Positions 29,847 through 39,545 of a stretch of DNA of 64,000 nucleotides are shown in pieces (within the stretch, counting starts at the first letter, position 1; every line of letters begins with the position of its first letter). A program made the position numbers and the translations under genes. Source of the stretch: Chitinophaga pinensis (GTDB taxonomy: Bacteria > Bacteroidota > Bacteroidia > NS11-12g > UBA955); assembly GCA_945877575.1 (NCBI GenBank), contig CAMDUE010000009.1, forward strand, positions 7,173 through 71,172, written 5' to 3'. The notes beneath the pieces were generated by a model. It saw only the letters and a list, made by a program, of their open reading frames with translations, was not told the origin of the DNA and made no database searches.

Positions 29847-31130
29847 TTAGATCTTTGAAAAAGAGATGGCACTTTTACCTAAATTATGGGTTACTTCCAA
29901 GATGTATTGTCCAGCAGAAAGTGCAGACAAATCAATAGTAGATTGAGTAGAGTTCAACAATAAACGTCCATCGAAACTTCTAACTACAAACTGATTAGGA
30001 GTTACATTTTCTGGAACAATTACATTGAGTTGCTCTGAAGCAGGAACTGGGAATGCAACGATGTTCGCATTGATAGATTTTTTCACGCTTGCTTGTGAAC
30101 CTAATTTCACGCGATCTAAAATGCTGTTTCCGTTAGATGTTCCTCCAAATCCGGTGAAACGAATTCCCCAGTAGTCAGCGCCAGTTGCATTAGGCACTTC
30201 AATAATATAGGCACGATCTGCTACAACTTCGAAAGCTTGTCCGTTGAACGCTTTCCAATCTGAACCCACACGGGTAAGGTCGTTTTTAAATCCTTTTCCG
30301 CCAGTGGTATCTGTATCGGTGATATAAAGTTCAGGTTTCGCCAATAAATCGGCCCACTTTACATTTTCAAGTTTGGCAATCTTCAAACCGCGTTTAGATT
30401 CTACTCCCATGGTTAAGTAAGGAATATAACCTGTACCTGTGAAGGTAGGTACATAGTAGCGGGTGAAATTCAAATGCCAATCGCCTCCGTTAGGTTCAAC
30501 GTTTACTTGAGTCATTTTTTGAAGGTCATAATATTTGTAAGTAGCTCCATTAGCTTCAGATTGTTTCATAGTGTCTGTAACTGGCACAGGACTACCCAAT
30601 GGTGCATATTTGAAAATGAAGTCGCCGTTAGGTTCTTGAGAAATGGGCATGAACTTCACGAAATAGGTATTTGCACCTACAGCGAAAGTTAAAAGATAGA
30701 GGGAATCACCTTTTACTTTGTGAGACCCGGCATCATACACTCCCCAAGAAAAATCCCACTGGTTGTTTGGGTTAAAATTTTGATTGAAGGCGCCTTTTTC
30801 GTGAACGTGTAAATCGTTCATGGGCTTAACCCAAGATTGCCAACCGGCAGTATCCATTTGATCAAATGCCGAATTGTCTCCTTTGGGATATAAATACACA
30901 TTTACCCCAGCGGTGTGATTTAAACGAATACAATTGTCACGAGTGGCAGAAGTGTGCGCCATGTGCCATTTGTTGATGGGTGACGAATGTTTGCTTCCAG
31001 TAACCACGTTAAAGTAGTTGCTGTTCGCATAGCCTGCCCCCATTGACACGGTGTCAGTGATGACTGTTTGAGCTCCCAAGGAACCAAAAAGTGCGCTTAC
31101 TAACAATGCTGAAAAAGTATGTTTAATCAT
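29847..31130 (-). CDS. T9SS-sorted secreted protein with an HmuY-like domain
   Basis: Signal peptide and a C-terminal type A sorting domain (IVAFPVPASEQLNV…SAGQYILEVTHNLGKSAISFSKI). The central domain is homologous to the lipoprotein at 26721-27779. Confidence 0.55.
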   Translation of the reverse strand: MIKHTFSALLVSALFGSLGAQTVITDTVSMGAGYANSNYFNVVTGSKHSSPINKWHMAHTSATRDNCIRLNHTAGVNVYLYPKGDNSAFDQMDTAGWQSWVKPMNDLHVHEKGAFNQNFNPNNQWDFSWGVYDAGSHKVKGDSLYLLTFAVGANTYFVKFMPISQEPNGDFIFKYAPLGSPVPVTDTMKQSEANGATYKYYDLQKMTQVNVEPNGGDWHLNFTRYYVPTFTGTGYIPYLTMGVESKRGLKIAKLENVKWADLLAKPELYITDTDTTGGKGFKNDLTRVGSDWKAFNGQAFEVVADRAYIIEVPNATGADYWGIRFTGFGGTSNGNSILDRVKLGSQASVKKSINANIVAFPVPASEQLNVIVPENVTPNQFVVRSFDGRLLLNSTQSTIDLSALSAGQYILEVTHNLGKSAISFSKI

Positions 31131-31180
31131 AGAGTTTTTAATCTGTTACAAAGGTAACTCCAACCCATTGCCTCCAATTT

Positions 31181-31227
31181 ATGACATTCGTCATCTTCAT
31201 GTCATCTAACGTCAATTTAATGTCACG
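31181..31227. promoter_or_regulatory. Operator-like array: palindrome ATGACATTCGTCAT followed by GTCAT/GTCAA/GTCAC half-sites at 10-11 bp spacing, 50-90 bp upstream of the hsp70 start
   Basis: Seen in the sequence. Helical phasing is the usual signature of a protein binding one DNA face. Confidence 0.35.
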
Positions 31228-31273
31228 AAGTAGTTGGGTAGAGTTTTGCGGATTGCGTTGTAATTTCGCGGAC

Positions 31274-33193
31274 ATGGCAAAGATTGGAATTAATATCAAA
31301 CAGGGCAAAATTGAATTGCCCAAGGTGATAGTGGGTATAGATTTGGGAACCACAAATTCTTTGATTGCTTACGTTCCGGATCAAGCAAATTCAGAGAAAG
31401 CTGATGTTGAAAAAGGCAGATCACCCAAAGTTATTCCAGTGAGAGGACAAGGATTGGTGCCATCGGTAGTGTATTTTGATGAGCATGGAACCCCCAGTGT
31501 TGGACATTATGCTAAGAGTAAGATTGCCCAAGAGCCTGAGAGAACCATTTTTAGTGTAAAAAGATTATTGGGAAAAAGTTATAAAGACGTAGCAGATAAA
31601 GCTGATTATGTAAGTTATAAAATCATTGATTCTGATTCAACGTCAGAAGCCATGGTAAAGATAGAAATTGACGGTAAATTTTATAATCCTATAGAATTGT
31701 CGTCTTTGATTCTTAAGGAAATAAAAACTCAGGCAGAAAAGGAGCTTTCGGTACAAATTGAACAGGCTGTCATTACGGTGCCCGCGTATTTCAATGATTC
31801 ACAAAGACAGGCCACGCGAGATGCAGGTAAATTGGCCGGTTTAGATGTTTTAAGAATCATCAATGAGCCCACTGCCGCTAGCATTGCTTACGGTATTGCT
31901 GAGAAAAAATCAGGGAATGTTTTGGTTTATGATTTGGGAGGAGGAACCTTTGATGTGTCTATTTTAACCTTAGAGGAAGGAGTATTTGAAGTGCTTTCTA
32001 CCCATGGAAATACCTATTTGGGTGGAGATGATTTAGACAGGAGTATAGCTGAATTTTGGTTGAAAAAGCATCAGTTAACGTCAAATCAACTTTCAAAAAC
32101 CGAATTGCAGACGCTTCGAATGATTGCAGAAGAGGCCAAAATATACATCTCTCAAGATGATATTTGGGGTCAACCAGAGGCTCAATTTGAGCGAGCGTTT
32201 CAATGCGTAAATAGCAACTTGACTTTGACTTTGAATGTCTCAGAATTGCAAAATGCCGTTGCGCCTCTTATCGCAGAAACGCTTAAGTCTGTCCATAAAG
32301 CCTTATCTGACGCTGAATTAAAGCCTGATCAAATTGATGAAGTGGTATTGGTAGGTGGCAGTACTCGTTACCCAGGTGTGATGCAAGCGTTAATGCCTAT
32401 TTTCCCTCATGTATCCATCAATAATCGCATAAATCCTGACGAAGTAGTGGCTTTGGGAGCCGCTATTGAAGCAGATGTATTGGCCGGAAACAGAAGCGAT
32501 GTGCTATTGTTAGATGTCACCCCGTTGTCTTTGGGTATTGAAACTGCCGGCGGATTGATGGATGTTCTCATCCCCCGAAACAGTAAAATCCCCACAAGAC
32601 TGGCAAGAGAATATACCACATCGGTAGATGGGCAGGTTAATTTGAAGGTTTCTGTGTTCCAGGGAGAGCGAGAGTTGGTCGGTGAAAATCGAAAGTTGGG
32701 CGAATTTGTTTTAAAAGGCATTCCTGCCATGCCTGCGGGACTTCCTAAAATTCAAATTCAGTTTGCCTTGAATCCGGATGGGATTCTTAAAGTTGCAGCA
32801 AAAGAGTTGAGAAGTGGGGTAGAGCAAGAGGTGGAAATTCAACCTACTTATGGGCTTACCGACGGCCAGGTGGAGGAAATGTTGCTTGCTGGATTTCAAA
32901 ATGCTCAATCAGATATTGAGTTGCGCTTGAATCAAGAAACCATCAACGAAGGAAATCAAATGGTATACACGGCTGAACGCTTTATTGAGAAAAACGGTCA
33001 ACATCTTTCGGCAGAGGAAATTGCAGGCAGCAAACAACGAATTGAAGATTTGCGTTGTCTATTGAACGATAAAGCTGATCGAAACTCAATAAACAAACAA
33101 ATTGAGTTGTTGAATGACTACACTCGTCCTTTCGCTGAGCGGGTAATGGATATAGCAATAGGTCAAGCTTTAAAGGGTAAAACATTAGACTAA
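31274..33193 (+). CDS. hscA: Hsp70-family chaperone, HscA-like
   Basis: [14 protein letters not shown] and [37 protein letters not shown]; a substrate-binding domain and helical lid are present. The real start is the ATG at 31274; the upstream ORF-track extension is an artefact. No hscB or isc genes are adjacent. Confidence 0.8.
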   Translation: MAKIGINIKQGKIELPKVIVGIDLGTTNSLIAYVPDQANSEKADVEKGRSPKVIPVRGQGLVPSVVYFDEHGTPSVGHYAKSKIAQEPERTIFSVKRLLGKSYKDVADKADYVSYKIIDSDSTSEAMVKIEIDGKFYNPIELSSLILKEIKTQAEKELSVQIEQAVITVPAYFNDSQRQATRDAGKLAGLDVLRIINEPTAASIAYGIAEKKSGNVLVYDLGGGTFDVSILTLEEGVFEVLSTHGNTYLGGDDLDRSIAEFWLKKHQLTSNQLSKTELQTLRMIAEEAKIYISQDDIWGQPEAQFERAFQCVNSNLTLTLNVSELQNAVAPLIAETLKSVHKALSDAELKPDQIDEVVLVGGSTRYPGVMQALMPIFPHVSINNRINPDEVVALGAAIEADVLAGNRSDVLLLDVTPLSLGIETAGGLMDVLIPRNSKIPTRLAREYTTSVDGQVNLKVSVFQGERELVGENRKLGEFVLKGIPAMPAGLPKIQIQFALNPDGILKVAAKELRSGVEQEVEIQPTYGLTDGQVEEMLLAGFQNAQSDIELRLNQETINEGNQMVYTAERFIEKNGQHLSAEEIAGSKQRIEDLRCLLNDKADRNSINKQIELLNDYTRPFAERVMDIAIGQALKGKTLD

Positions 33194-33195
33194 AT

Positions 33196-33882
33196 ATGTA
33201 TAAAAACGCAGGTATATTTCTTCTCTCTTTCATCTTGTCTTTAGTGGCTAAAGCGCAATTGGCACCTCAAGAAGTTTCGAACTTAGGGTTTAAGATGGGA
33301 TTTGGATTTTATTCTTTTGGATCGGGCGAATTGGTTAATCCTCGTCCAATGCTAGGTTATACCGCGGGTTTTAATGTACACAGTGATTTTACCAAAAAGA
33401 AGAGATTGTTCTACCAAGCAGGACTTGATTTTACTTTGAGGGGTGGAAATTTTACAAATCCCGAAAAAATTGATAGCGCAGTTAATAGGGCTTACGGAAA
33501 GATCACTCTGGTTACAGTTGATTTTCCATTGAGTGTTTTAGTCCCACTAAGGCCTTTAAAAAAAGCAGAGTCGCCCATGATTAAAATGGGTGTAACTCCA
33601 AGCATTTTGCTTAGATCTGTTGTTTATGTGGGACCAGATAGAATTCCGTTAAACAGTCAGATTTATCAGCAAACTTGGGAAAATCTTCCTCTTAAGCAAG
33701 TAGAATTTTTGGCCCATGTGGGTTATCAAAAAAAGGTGGCAGAGGTTGGGTATTATGTGGGGTTGAATTTTGGGGTGAATAATTTGAATGCGGGAGATTT
33801 TAAAATTGAAGGAATCTATCCTGCTACAGGCACCGGTAAACGTATTTCTACGTGGTCTATCGAAGCGGTCATGATTTTTTAA
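33196..33882 (+). CDS. Outer-membrane beta-barrel protein (porin/OmpA-like barrel family)
   Basis: Signal peptide, alternating hydrophobic beta-strand pattern and a C-terminal aromatic residue (…SIEAVMIF). Confidence 0.65.
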   Translation: MYKNAGIFLLSFILSLVAKAQLAPQEVSNLGFKMGFGFYSFGSGELVNPRPMLGYTAGFNVHSDFTKKKRLFYQAGLDFTLRGGNFTNPEKIDSAVNRAYGKITLVTVDFPLSVLVPLRPLKKAESPMIKMGVTPSILLRSVVYVGPDRIPLNSQIYQQTWENLPLKQVEFLAHVGYQKKVAEVGYYVGLNFGVNNLNAGDFKIEGIYPATGTGKRISTWSIEAVMIF

Positions 33883-33920
33883 GGCAATAGCCCGATATTT
33901 GCAGTATATTTAAATCTGCC

Positions 33921-35231
33921 GTGTCTCAATCTGTCACATTATATACCTTGGGTTGTAAGCTGAATTTTGCTGAAAGTTCAACCATTGCACAGCAATTGAT
34001 TAAGAACGGCTTTGAGCGCAAAGAGTTTCACGAAGGGGCAGACTTATATGTTATAAATACTTGCTCGGTCACTGATCATGCAGATAGAAAATGCAAGAAA
34101 GTGGTTAGTGAGGCTTTGAAGTACAACCCCAATGCTTATGTTGTGATTGTAGGTTGTTATGCTCAATTGAAGCCAGAAGAAATTGCCAATATTCCGGGTG
34201 TAGATATGGTTTTGGGAGCTGCTGAGAAATTCCAATTGATGGATTATTTGCACGGCCTGAATAAGGAACCTAAAGCCCGACTTCACAATCAACCCATCAA
34301 AGATGTCAATGAGTTTGTTCCTGGATTTAGTGAGGGAGATAGAACTCGGATGTTTTTGAAGGTGCAAGACGGGTGTGATTATTTTTGTAGTTTTTGCACC
34401 ATCCCATTAGCCCGCGGTAAAAGTCGGAGTGCCAATATTGAAACCACATTAAAGCAAGTGCATGAAGCTACGGCTAAAGGCGTAAAAGAAGTGGTTCTTA
34501 CAGGGGTTAATTTGGGCGATTTTGGAGTCAATCACGAAGAAGATTTTTACGGTCTCATTCAGGAATTAGATAAAATTGAACAGGTAAAAAGATACCGAAT
34601 CAGCAGCATTGAACCCAATTTGCTGACCGATGATATCATTCGATTTGTTGCCCAAAGTGAAAAAGTTGTTCCGCATTTTCACATTCCGCTTCAAAGCGGA
34701 AATGACGAACTTCTGCAACGCATGAGAAGGAAATACCTCAGTGATTTGTATAAAAGCAGGGTGCATTTAATCAAAGAACTCATGCCTGATTGTTGTATTG
34801 GTGTAGACGTAATTGTGGGATTTCCAGGTGAGTCTGAAGAGCATTTTTTAAGTACCTACGAATTCATCAACGAACTTCCTGTTTCCTATTTGCATGTGTT
34901 TCCATACAGCGAAAGACCCAATACCACTGCTCGTAAAATGAAAGACGTTGTTCCTGTTAAGGTTAGAGGCCAACGAACTACTATGTTAAGAGGGTTGTCA
35001 GAAAAGAAGAAACGGGCATTTTATGAGTCGCAAGTGGGAAAAACCAGGCCTGTTTTATTTGAGCACGATGTTAAGAACGGCAAAATGGAAGGTTACACTG
35101 ACAATTATATCAGGGTAGTAACTGATTACGATCCGTTATTGGTTGATGCTATTGTGCCCTTTTACATGCAACACATTGATGCTGATTTCTTAATGCAAGG
35201 CAGCTTTGAATCTGCGCATATAACCCTTTAA
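33921..35231 (+). CDS. mtaB: Radical-SAM tRNA methylthiotransferase, MtaB-like (MiaB family)
   Basis: MTTase N-terminal domain (LYTLGCKLNFAES…VINTCSVT), radical SAM CxxxCxxC (CDYFCSFC) and a TRAM-like C-terminus. Confidence 0.75.
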   Translation: MSQSVTLYTLGCKLNFAESSTIAQQLIKNGFERKEFHEGADLYVINTCSVTDHADRKCKKVVSEALKYNPNAYVVIVGCYAQLKPEEIANIPGVDMVLGAAEKFQLMDYLHGLNKEPKARLHNQPIKDVNEFVPGFSEGDRTRMFLKVQDGCDYFCSFCTIPLARGKSRSANIETTLKQVHEATAKGVKEVVLTGVNLGDFGVNHEEDFYGLIQELDKIEQVKRYRISSIEPNLLTDDIIRFVAQSEKVVPHFHIPLQSGNDELLQRMRRKYLSDLYKSRVHLIKELMPDCCIGVDVIVGFPGESEEHFLSTYEFINELPVSYLHVFPYSERPNTTARKMKDVVPVKVRGQRTTMLRGLSEKKKRAFYESQVGKTRPVLFEHDVKNGKMEGYTDNYIRVVTDYDPLLVDAIVPFYMQHIDADFLMQGSFESAHITL

Positions 35232-35239
35232 TTTGAACC

Positions 35240-36421
35240 ATGTTTCCTACCCTATATCATTTCATCAAAGACACGCTGGGTCTTGAATTTCGTTTTTTAG
35301 AAATCGTAAACACCTTTGGGTTGTTTGTGGCTTTTGCCATTGGTGCTGCATATTGGGCCATGCAAACTGAGTTTGCCCGTAAAACACAGTTGGGTGTTTT
35401 TTCCAAGCGCACTCAACAAATTACCGTTGGAGAAAAGTTCCCTATGAGTGATTACATCATGAATGGACTGCTTCTTTTTGTCTTTGGATATAAAATCTTA
35501 TTCTTGGCCATAAATACCGGAACTGATTTTTCGCCACAAGAACATATCTTTACCTCCGAAGGAAACTGGTTGTTGGGGATTTTATTGGCTGGCGGTGGAA
35601 CCTATTATCGATACAGAGAAGATCTCAAACAGCGCTTGAATCCACCGGTAAAAAAACACATTGAAACATCCATTGCTGATGAAATGTCTACCATTACTGG
35701 TGTTGCATTAATCAGCGGCTTTTTGGGAGCAAAAGTGTTTCATATTTTAGAAACCCCCGAGAATTTTTCATTCACGGCCATAGTTAGTCAGTTATTTACA
35801 ACGGGAGGTTGGACGTTTTTCGGTGGATTAATCATGGGTGCTTTGGGTGTATTGATTTACACACAGCGCCGCGGTTATCACTATTTGAATGTATTAGATG
35901 CCGGTGTTCCCGCCATGATGTTGTCTTATGGAGTAGGGAGATTTGGCTGTCATTTTTCGGGAGACGGCGACTGGGGAATAGCCAATTTGAAACCATCTTC
36001 TTGGTTGCCAGATTGGGCGTGGGCGTATAAATATCCGCACAATGTTTTAGGGAAAGATTATGGCGCCGCTGGCATGGAACCCATACCGGGTTGCGAGGGA
36101 AATTATTGTTTTCAATTGATTGATCCCGTCTATCCTACGCCTCTGTATGAAGCCTTAATGGCGTTGTTGCTTTTTGGAGTTTTGTGGTTTTATGTAAGAA
36201 AATTGGCCCTGAAGCCAGGTCAAGTATTTGGTATTTATTTGATCTTCGCCGGAGTTGAAAGATTTTTGATTGAAAGCATTCGTGAGCACGGAGATAGCCT
36301 TTATCAAATAGGTGAGATGGTTTTCTCACAAGCACAAATGATTTCGTTGGTATTATTCGTTGTAGGAGTATGCGTCTTATTATTGACTCAAAAAGGATTG
36401 ATCAAGCCGGCCTCTCGCTAA
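35240..36421 (+). CDS. lgt: Prolipoprotein diacylglyceryl transferase (long Bacteroidetes-type)
   Basis: Lgt signature G.GRFGCHFSGDGDWG and multiple TM helices. Confidence 0.7.
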   Translation: MFPTLYHFIKDTLGLEFRFLEIVNTFGLFVAFAIGAAYWAMQTEFARKTQLGVFSKRTQQITVGEKFPMSDYIMNGLLLFVFGYKILFLAINTGTDFSPQEHIFTSEGNWLLGILLAGGGTYYRYREDLKQRLNPPVKKHIETSIADEMSTITGVALISGFLGAKVFHILETPENFSFTAIVSQLFTTGGWTFFGGLIMGALGVLIYTQRRGYHYLNVLDAGVPAMMLSYGVGRFGCHFSGDGDWGIANLKPSSWLPDWAWAYKYPHNVLGKDYGAAGMEPIPGCEGNYCFQLIDPVYPTPLYEALMALLLFGVLWFYVRKLALKPGQVFGIYLIFAGVERFLIESIREHGDSLYQIGEMVFSQAQMISLVLFVVGVCVLLLTQKGLIKPASR

Positions 36422-36993
36422 TTTTTTTATTTTTCGGGGGAAGAGCTGACGCTCAAACTCCTACTCAGCCGTTGCCAAATCAACCGAAGGTTGGCGAAAT
36501 CAAGCAAAAAGTAGAACAAAATCGCGATACCATTTTCATTGATTACGACAAAATTGATCCTGTTTTGGTATCGGGATCTTTGGATGCTGAACATCAGAAA
36601 CAGTATCAAATATTGAGGCGAAGGGTTATAAAAACGATGCCTTATGCTAAGATGGCGGCCTATAAAATTCAGGCCATGGAAGATAAATTGGCTACCATAA
36701 AGAATAAGAAAGACCGGAAAAAATACATTAAGCAGTCAGAAAAAGCCATTAAAGCTATGTACACCCAACAGTTAAAGAATTTAACCATTGGTGAGGGTCA
36801 AATTTTGATGAAATTATTGCACCGCGAAACCGGCAAGACTACTTGGGAAATTATGAAAAATTATCGTGGCACTACTGAAGCCTTGTTTTGGCAGGTGTTT
36901 GGCAGCATGTGGGGGCACAACCTAAAGCTAGAGTACGATCCGGTTGTAGACTATCAAATTGAAAATATCATCAAGCGTGAGCGTCTGGAGTGA
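36370..36993 (+). CDS. Secreted hypothetical protein (DUF4294-like)
   Basis: Signal peptide ending …FGGRADA|QTP and a Lys-rich soluble domain. It overlaps lgt by 52 bp in another frame, so the start is uncertain. Confidence 0.45.
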   Translation: MRLIIDSKRIDQAGLSLIFLFFGGRADAQTPTQPLPNQPKVGEIKQKVEQNRDTIFIDYDKIDPVLVSGSLDAEHQKQYQILRRRVIKTMPYAKMAAYKIQAMEDKLATIKNKKDRKKYIKQSEKAIKAMYTQQLKNLTIGEGQILMKLLHRETGKTTWEIMKNYRGTTEALFWQVFGSMWGHNLKLEYDPVVDYQIENIIKRERLE

Positions 36994-37915
36994 TGTTTCT
37001 TTTAAAGAAACTTGCAATTAATATGGGTGCACCAACGAGAGCACATATGGCATTCACTTGAAGTATTCTATCTGGAATTAGGTAATGAGCAATTGAATCG
37101 GCTCCAACACACATGATTGCACCCGTTAACAGGGTTGGAATGATGAGTTTGCGGTGGTTTTCGGTGTTGAACCAGCGTTTAACAATGTGAGGTGAAACCA
37201 ATCCAACAAATCCTATAGGTCCGCAATAAGCAGTGATCCATCCTGCGCCAAGAGCTCCAAAAAGGATGAGCATTTTGCGAAGTTTATTTACTGGAATGCC
37301 TGCTGATTCTGCATAAATATCGCCCAACAGATAGTTATTCAACTGGTGAGAGTGAATGGCTGTAAATGCAGTCAGCAGTGATACTGGAATCAGCATCGAA
37401 TAAAGGTCAGTTTTTAGAATTCTTTCAAAACTTCCCATACCCCAAAAGGAAAATTTCTGGAGTTGCTCAGCATTTCCAAATTGCTGGATGATTTCAATGA
37501 TTGCACTGAACACAAAGCCTAAAACCATTCCGGTCAATAAAAGCCTAAGATGGTTGCCAAATCCTTGATTTAAGAAAATTTGCAATAACAGCGCCATCAA
37601 TGCACCCAATATGCTTCCAGTTAAAGGATTTAATCCCAAAGGGAGTGCAGTGGGTGCAAAAATCATCAATGCCATACCTAAGTTGGCTCCAGGTGTTACA
37701 CCCACTAAATAAGGGCCTGCAAGCGGATTTCTGAACAGTGTTTGCATGAGTAATCCAGAAATTGCGAGTCCCATGCCGGCAAGAGCGCTTCCCAAAACAC
37801 GTGGGAATCTGAAGTCCCAAAAAACAATTTGAAAATTATCAGGAGTTAAGTTCCAATGGAGATCAAAAAACAAGAGCAGAAATAACAGGATGAATAGCGC
37901 ACTATTTTTGATCAT
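36971..37915 (-). CDS. ABC importer permease, FecCD/BtuC family (iron-siderophore, heme or B12 type)
   Basis: FecCD signature region (LGSALAGMGLAISGLLMQTLFRNPLAGPYLVGV), about 9 TM helices. Confidence 0.85.
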   Translation of the reverse strand: MIKNSALFILLFLLLFFDLHWNLTPDNFQIVFWDFRFPRVLGSALAGMGLAISGLLMQTLFRNPLAGPYLVGVTPGANLGMALMIFAPTALPLGLNPLTGSILGALMALLLQIFLNQGFGNHLRLLLTGMVLGFVFSAIIEIIQQFGNAEQLQKFSFWGMGSFERILKTDLYSMLIPVSLLTAFTAIHSHQLNNYLLGDIYAESAGIPVNKLRKMLILFGALGAGWITAYCGPIGFVGLVSPHIVKRWFNTENHRKLIIPTLLTGAIMCVGADSIAHYLIPDRILQVNAICALVGAPILIASFFKRNITPDAHA

Positions 37916-39057
37916 GGAGTCAAATTAATTTGGCCGTAAAAATAGGCGTTTTCACCGTTTTGATAAAAGATTCTTTGAAGATCTTGCAGTAAAAGATGGG
38001 GTTGTGCACTTCCAATATCCCAAAAAGGATTCGCGCCTGTTGATTCCATTTTAAGGTCATTTTGCCAAACTTGTGGTTTGCTGTAAAGGATTTCTTTTTT
38101 AATTCGATCATCAGAGATTTCCGAAATGTACTTTATTGAACCTGGGTGCAGTAAAACATTGCAGCGATGAATGTGAGCGAGGGCATTTTCTGTAGAGATT
38201 TGCACAGAATTGTTGCCAGAAAGGTTGGGAGTTATCCAAACTGGATCACCGCCGGCATCGTAAATGAGTTGAGTGAGGTAGTTGTTTTTTTGTGGTACCC
38301 ACCAAATTCCGGAGTATGGCAAGTTGACCATGATTTTTGGCTTTTTAATGGAGCCAGAGTTATTCGTGTTAAACTTTGATACCAGTGAAATGTATTTCGA
38401 TTTTTCTTCTTGAAAAAGGGACGATGCTAAAGAAGATTTATGCAAGAAATACCCAAAAACCTTGATCCATTCGGCCTTAGCCAATGGATGGACTTCGAAA
38501 TGGTTTTGAATGTATACGAGCGTAGTGAATTTACTGACTCTTTGGTCAATTTTGGGCTCTAAAGTGTAAGTAAAAGTGAGATTGGGTTTTAATTGAATGA
38601 GTTTCTCGATGTTTAGGTTTCCGCCTTTTTGAATTTCTGAAGTTTGATTCTTTTGAGGCAGCTCAGCAATGGTATTTTGTGTCCAATGTGCTAGTTGATC
38701 AACGGCAATAACAGCTTTCAAGGAGTGCGATTGATTCAGAAATTGAGAAAAGGCAGAAGTAAGAACGGCTATTTTTGTTTGATCCTTGGATGGCGAAAAG
38801 GAGATATATTCAGGGTGGTTTTGAGGATTTTTACCTTTGTGAAATTTTTGCAGAATGCGTGTCGAGTCAAAATAAATTTCGAGTAGGGTATCGGTTGAGG
38901 TGGTGCCAATTCGAAAGAATTTTGCGTGCGAATTAGTCTGCCAATGAACCATGCTTTCATGGTTTTCTGTGTTTTGGGGACTTTGACCGCCTGAACATCC
39001 GCTGAGAATCAGCAAAATGCCCCAAAAAATAATGACAGAAAATCTGAGGAGCTGCAT
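37912..39057 (-). CDS. ABC importer substrate-binding lipoprotein (BtuF/HmuT-like class III SBP)
   Basis: Lipobox LSGCSG, class III periplasmic-binding-protein fold features, and a 4-bp overlap with the downstream permease gene. Confidence 0.65.
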   Translation of the reverse strand: MQLLRFSVIIFWGILLILSGCSGGQSPQNTENHESMVHWQTNSHAKFFRIGTTSTDTLLEIYFDSTRILQKFHKGKNPQNHPEYISFSPSKDQTKIAVLTSAFSQFLNQSHSLKAVIAVDQLAHWTQNTIAELPQKNQTSEIQKGGNLNIEKLIQLKPNLTFTYTLEPKIDQRVSKFTTLVYIQNHFEVHPLAKAEWIKVFGYFLHKSSLASSLFQEEKSKYISLVSKFNTNNSGSIKKPKIMVNLPYSGIWWVPQKNNYLTQLIYDAGGDPVWITPNLSGNNSVQISTENALAHIHRCNVLLHPGSIKYISEISDDRIKKEILYSKPQVWQNDLKMESTGANPFWDIGSAQPHLLLQDLQRIFYQNGENAYFYGQINLTP

Positions 39058-39139
39058 GTTTAGGCAAAATTAGATTAAAAAAATTGACAGCCGATAAAGT
39101 TGTTAATCAAACACGAAAGTTAGATAGCATATTTGTGAG

Positions 39140-39436
39140 GTGAATTTTCCGCTGTTGAAATATAAATTTTGGATAGGAATAGGTCTATTCTTCTTGTGGA
39201 TGACCTTTTTTGACAATAACAGTTTTGTATACAGATGGAGATTATCTTCTGATATTTCGCGATTGGAAGAGGGAATAAAAATTCATGAGAAGAAGATTCA
39301 AGAGCTTCGAAGACAAAAAAAAGAATTGTTCGGAAGCCAAAAGAATTTGGAAAAATTTGCTCGCGAGAGGTATTTAATGAAAAAAGAAAACGAAGACTTA
39401 TTTTTAATTGTTGACGTCGAAGAAACCGACGATTAA
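39140..39436 (+). CDS. Septum formation initiator family protein (FtsB/DivIC-like)
   Basis: N-terminal TM (FWIGIGLFFLWMTFF) followed by a coiled coil (ISRLEEGIKIHEKKIQELRRQKKEL). Confidence 0.6.
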   Translation: MNFPLLKYKFWIGIGLFFLWMTFFDNNSFVYRWRLSSDISRLEEGIKIHEKKIQELRRQKKELFGSQKNLEKFARERYLMKKENEDLFLIVDVEETDD

Positions 39437-39545
39437 CATAAATAAGTCGACATGTTTATAAAAATAGATTTATTGTGCATTTCTATTGACTTTGAATAAA
39501 TAGGTTTGCAGTAGTAGGAAAACCAACAAAACCGAAATAACGATT

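Noticed and set aside
39437-39545. Possibility that the dnaN upstream region is a chromosomal origin (oriC).
   Set aside because: dnaA is absent, and I see no cluster of TTATCCACA-like DnaA boxes or AT-rich DUE in the 109-bp gap. dnaN is simply an isolated gene here.
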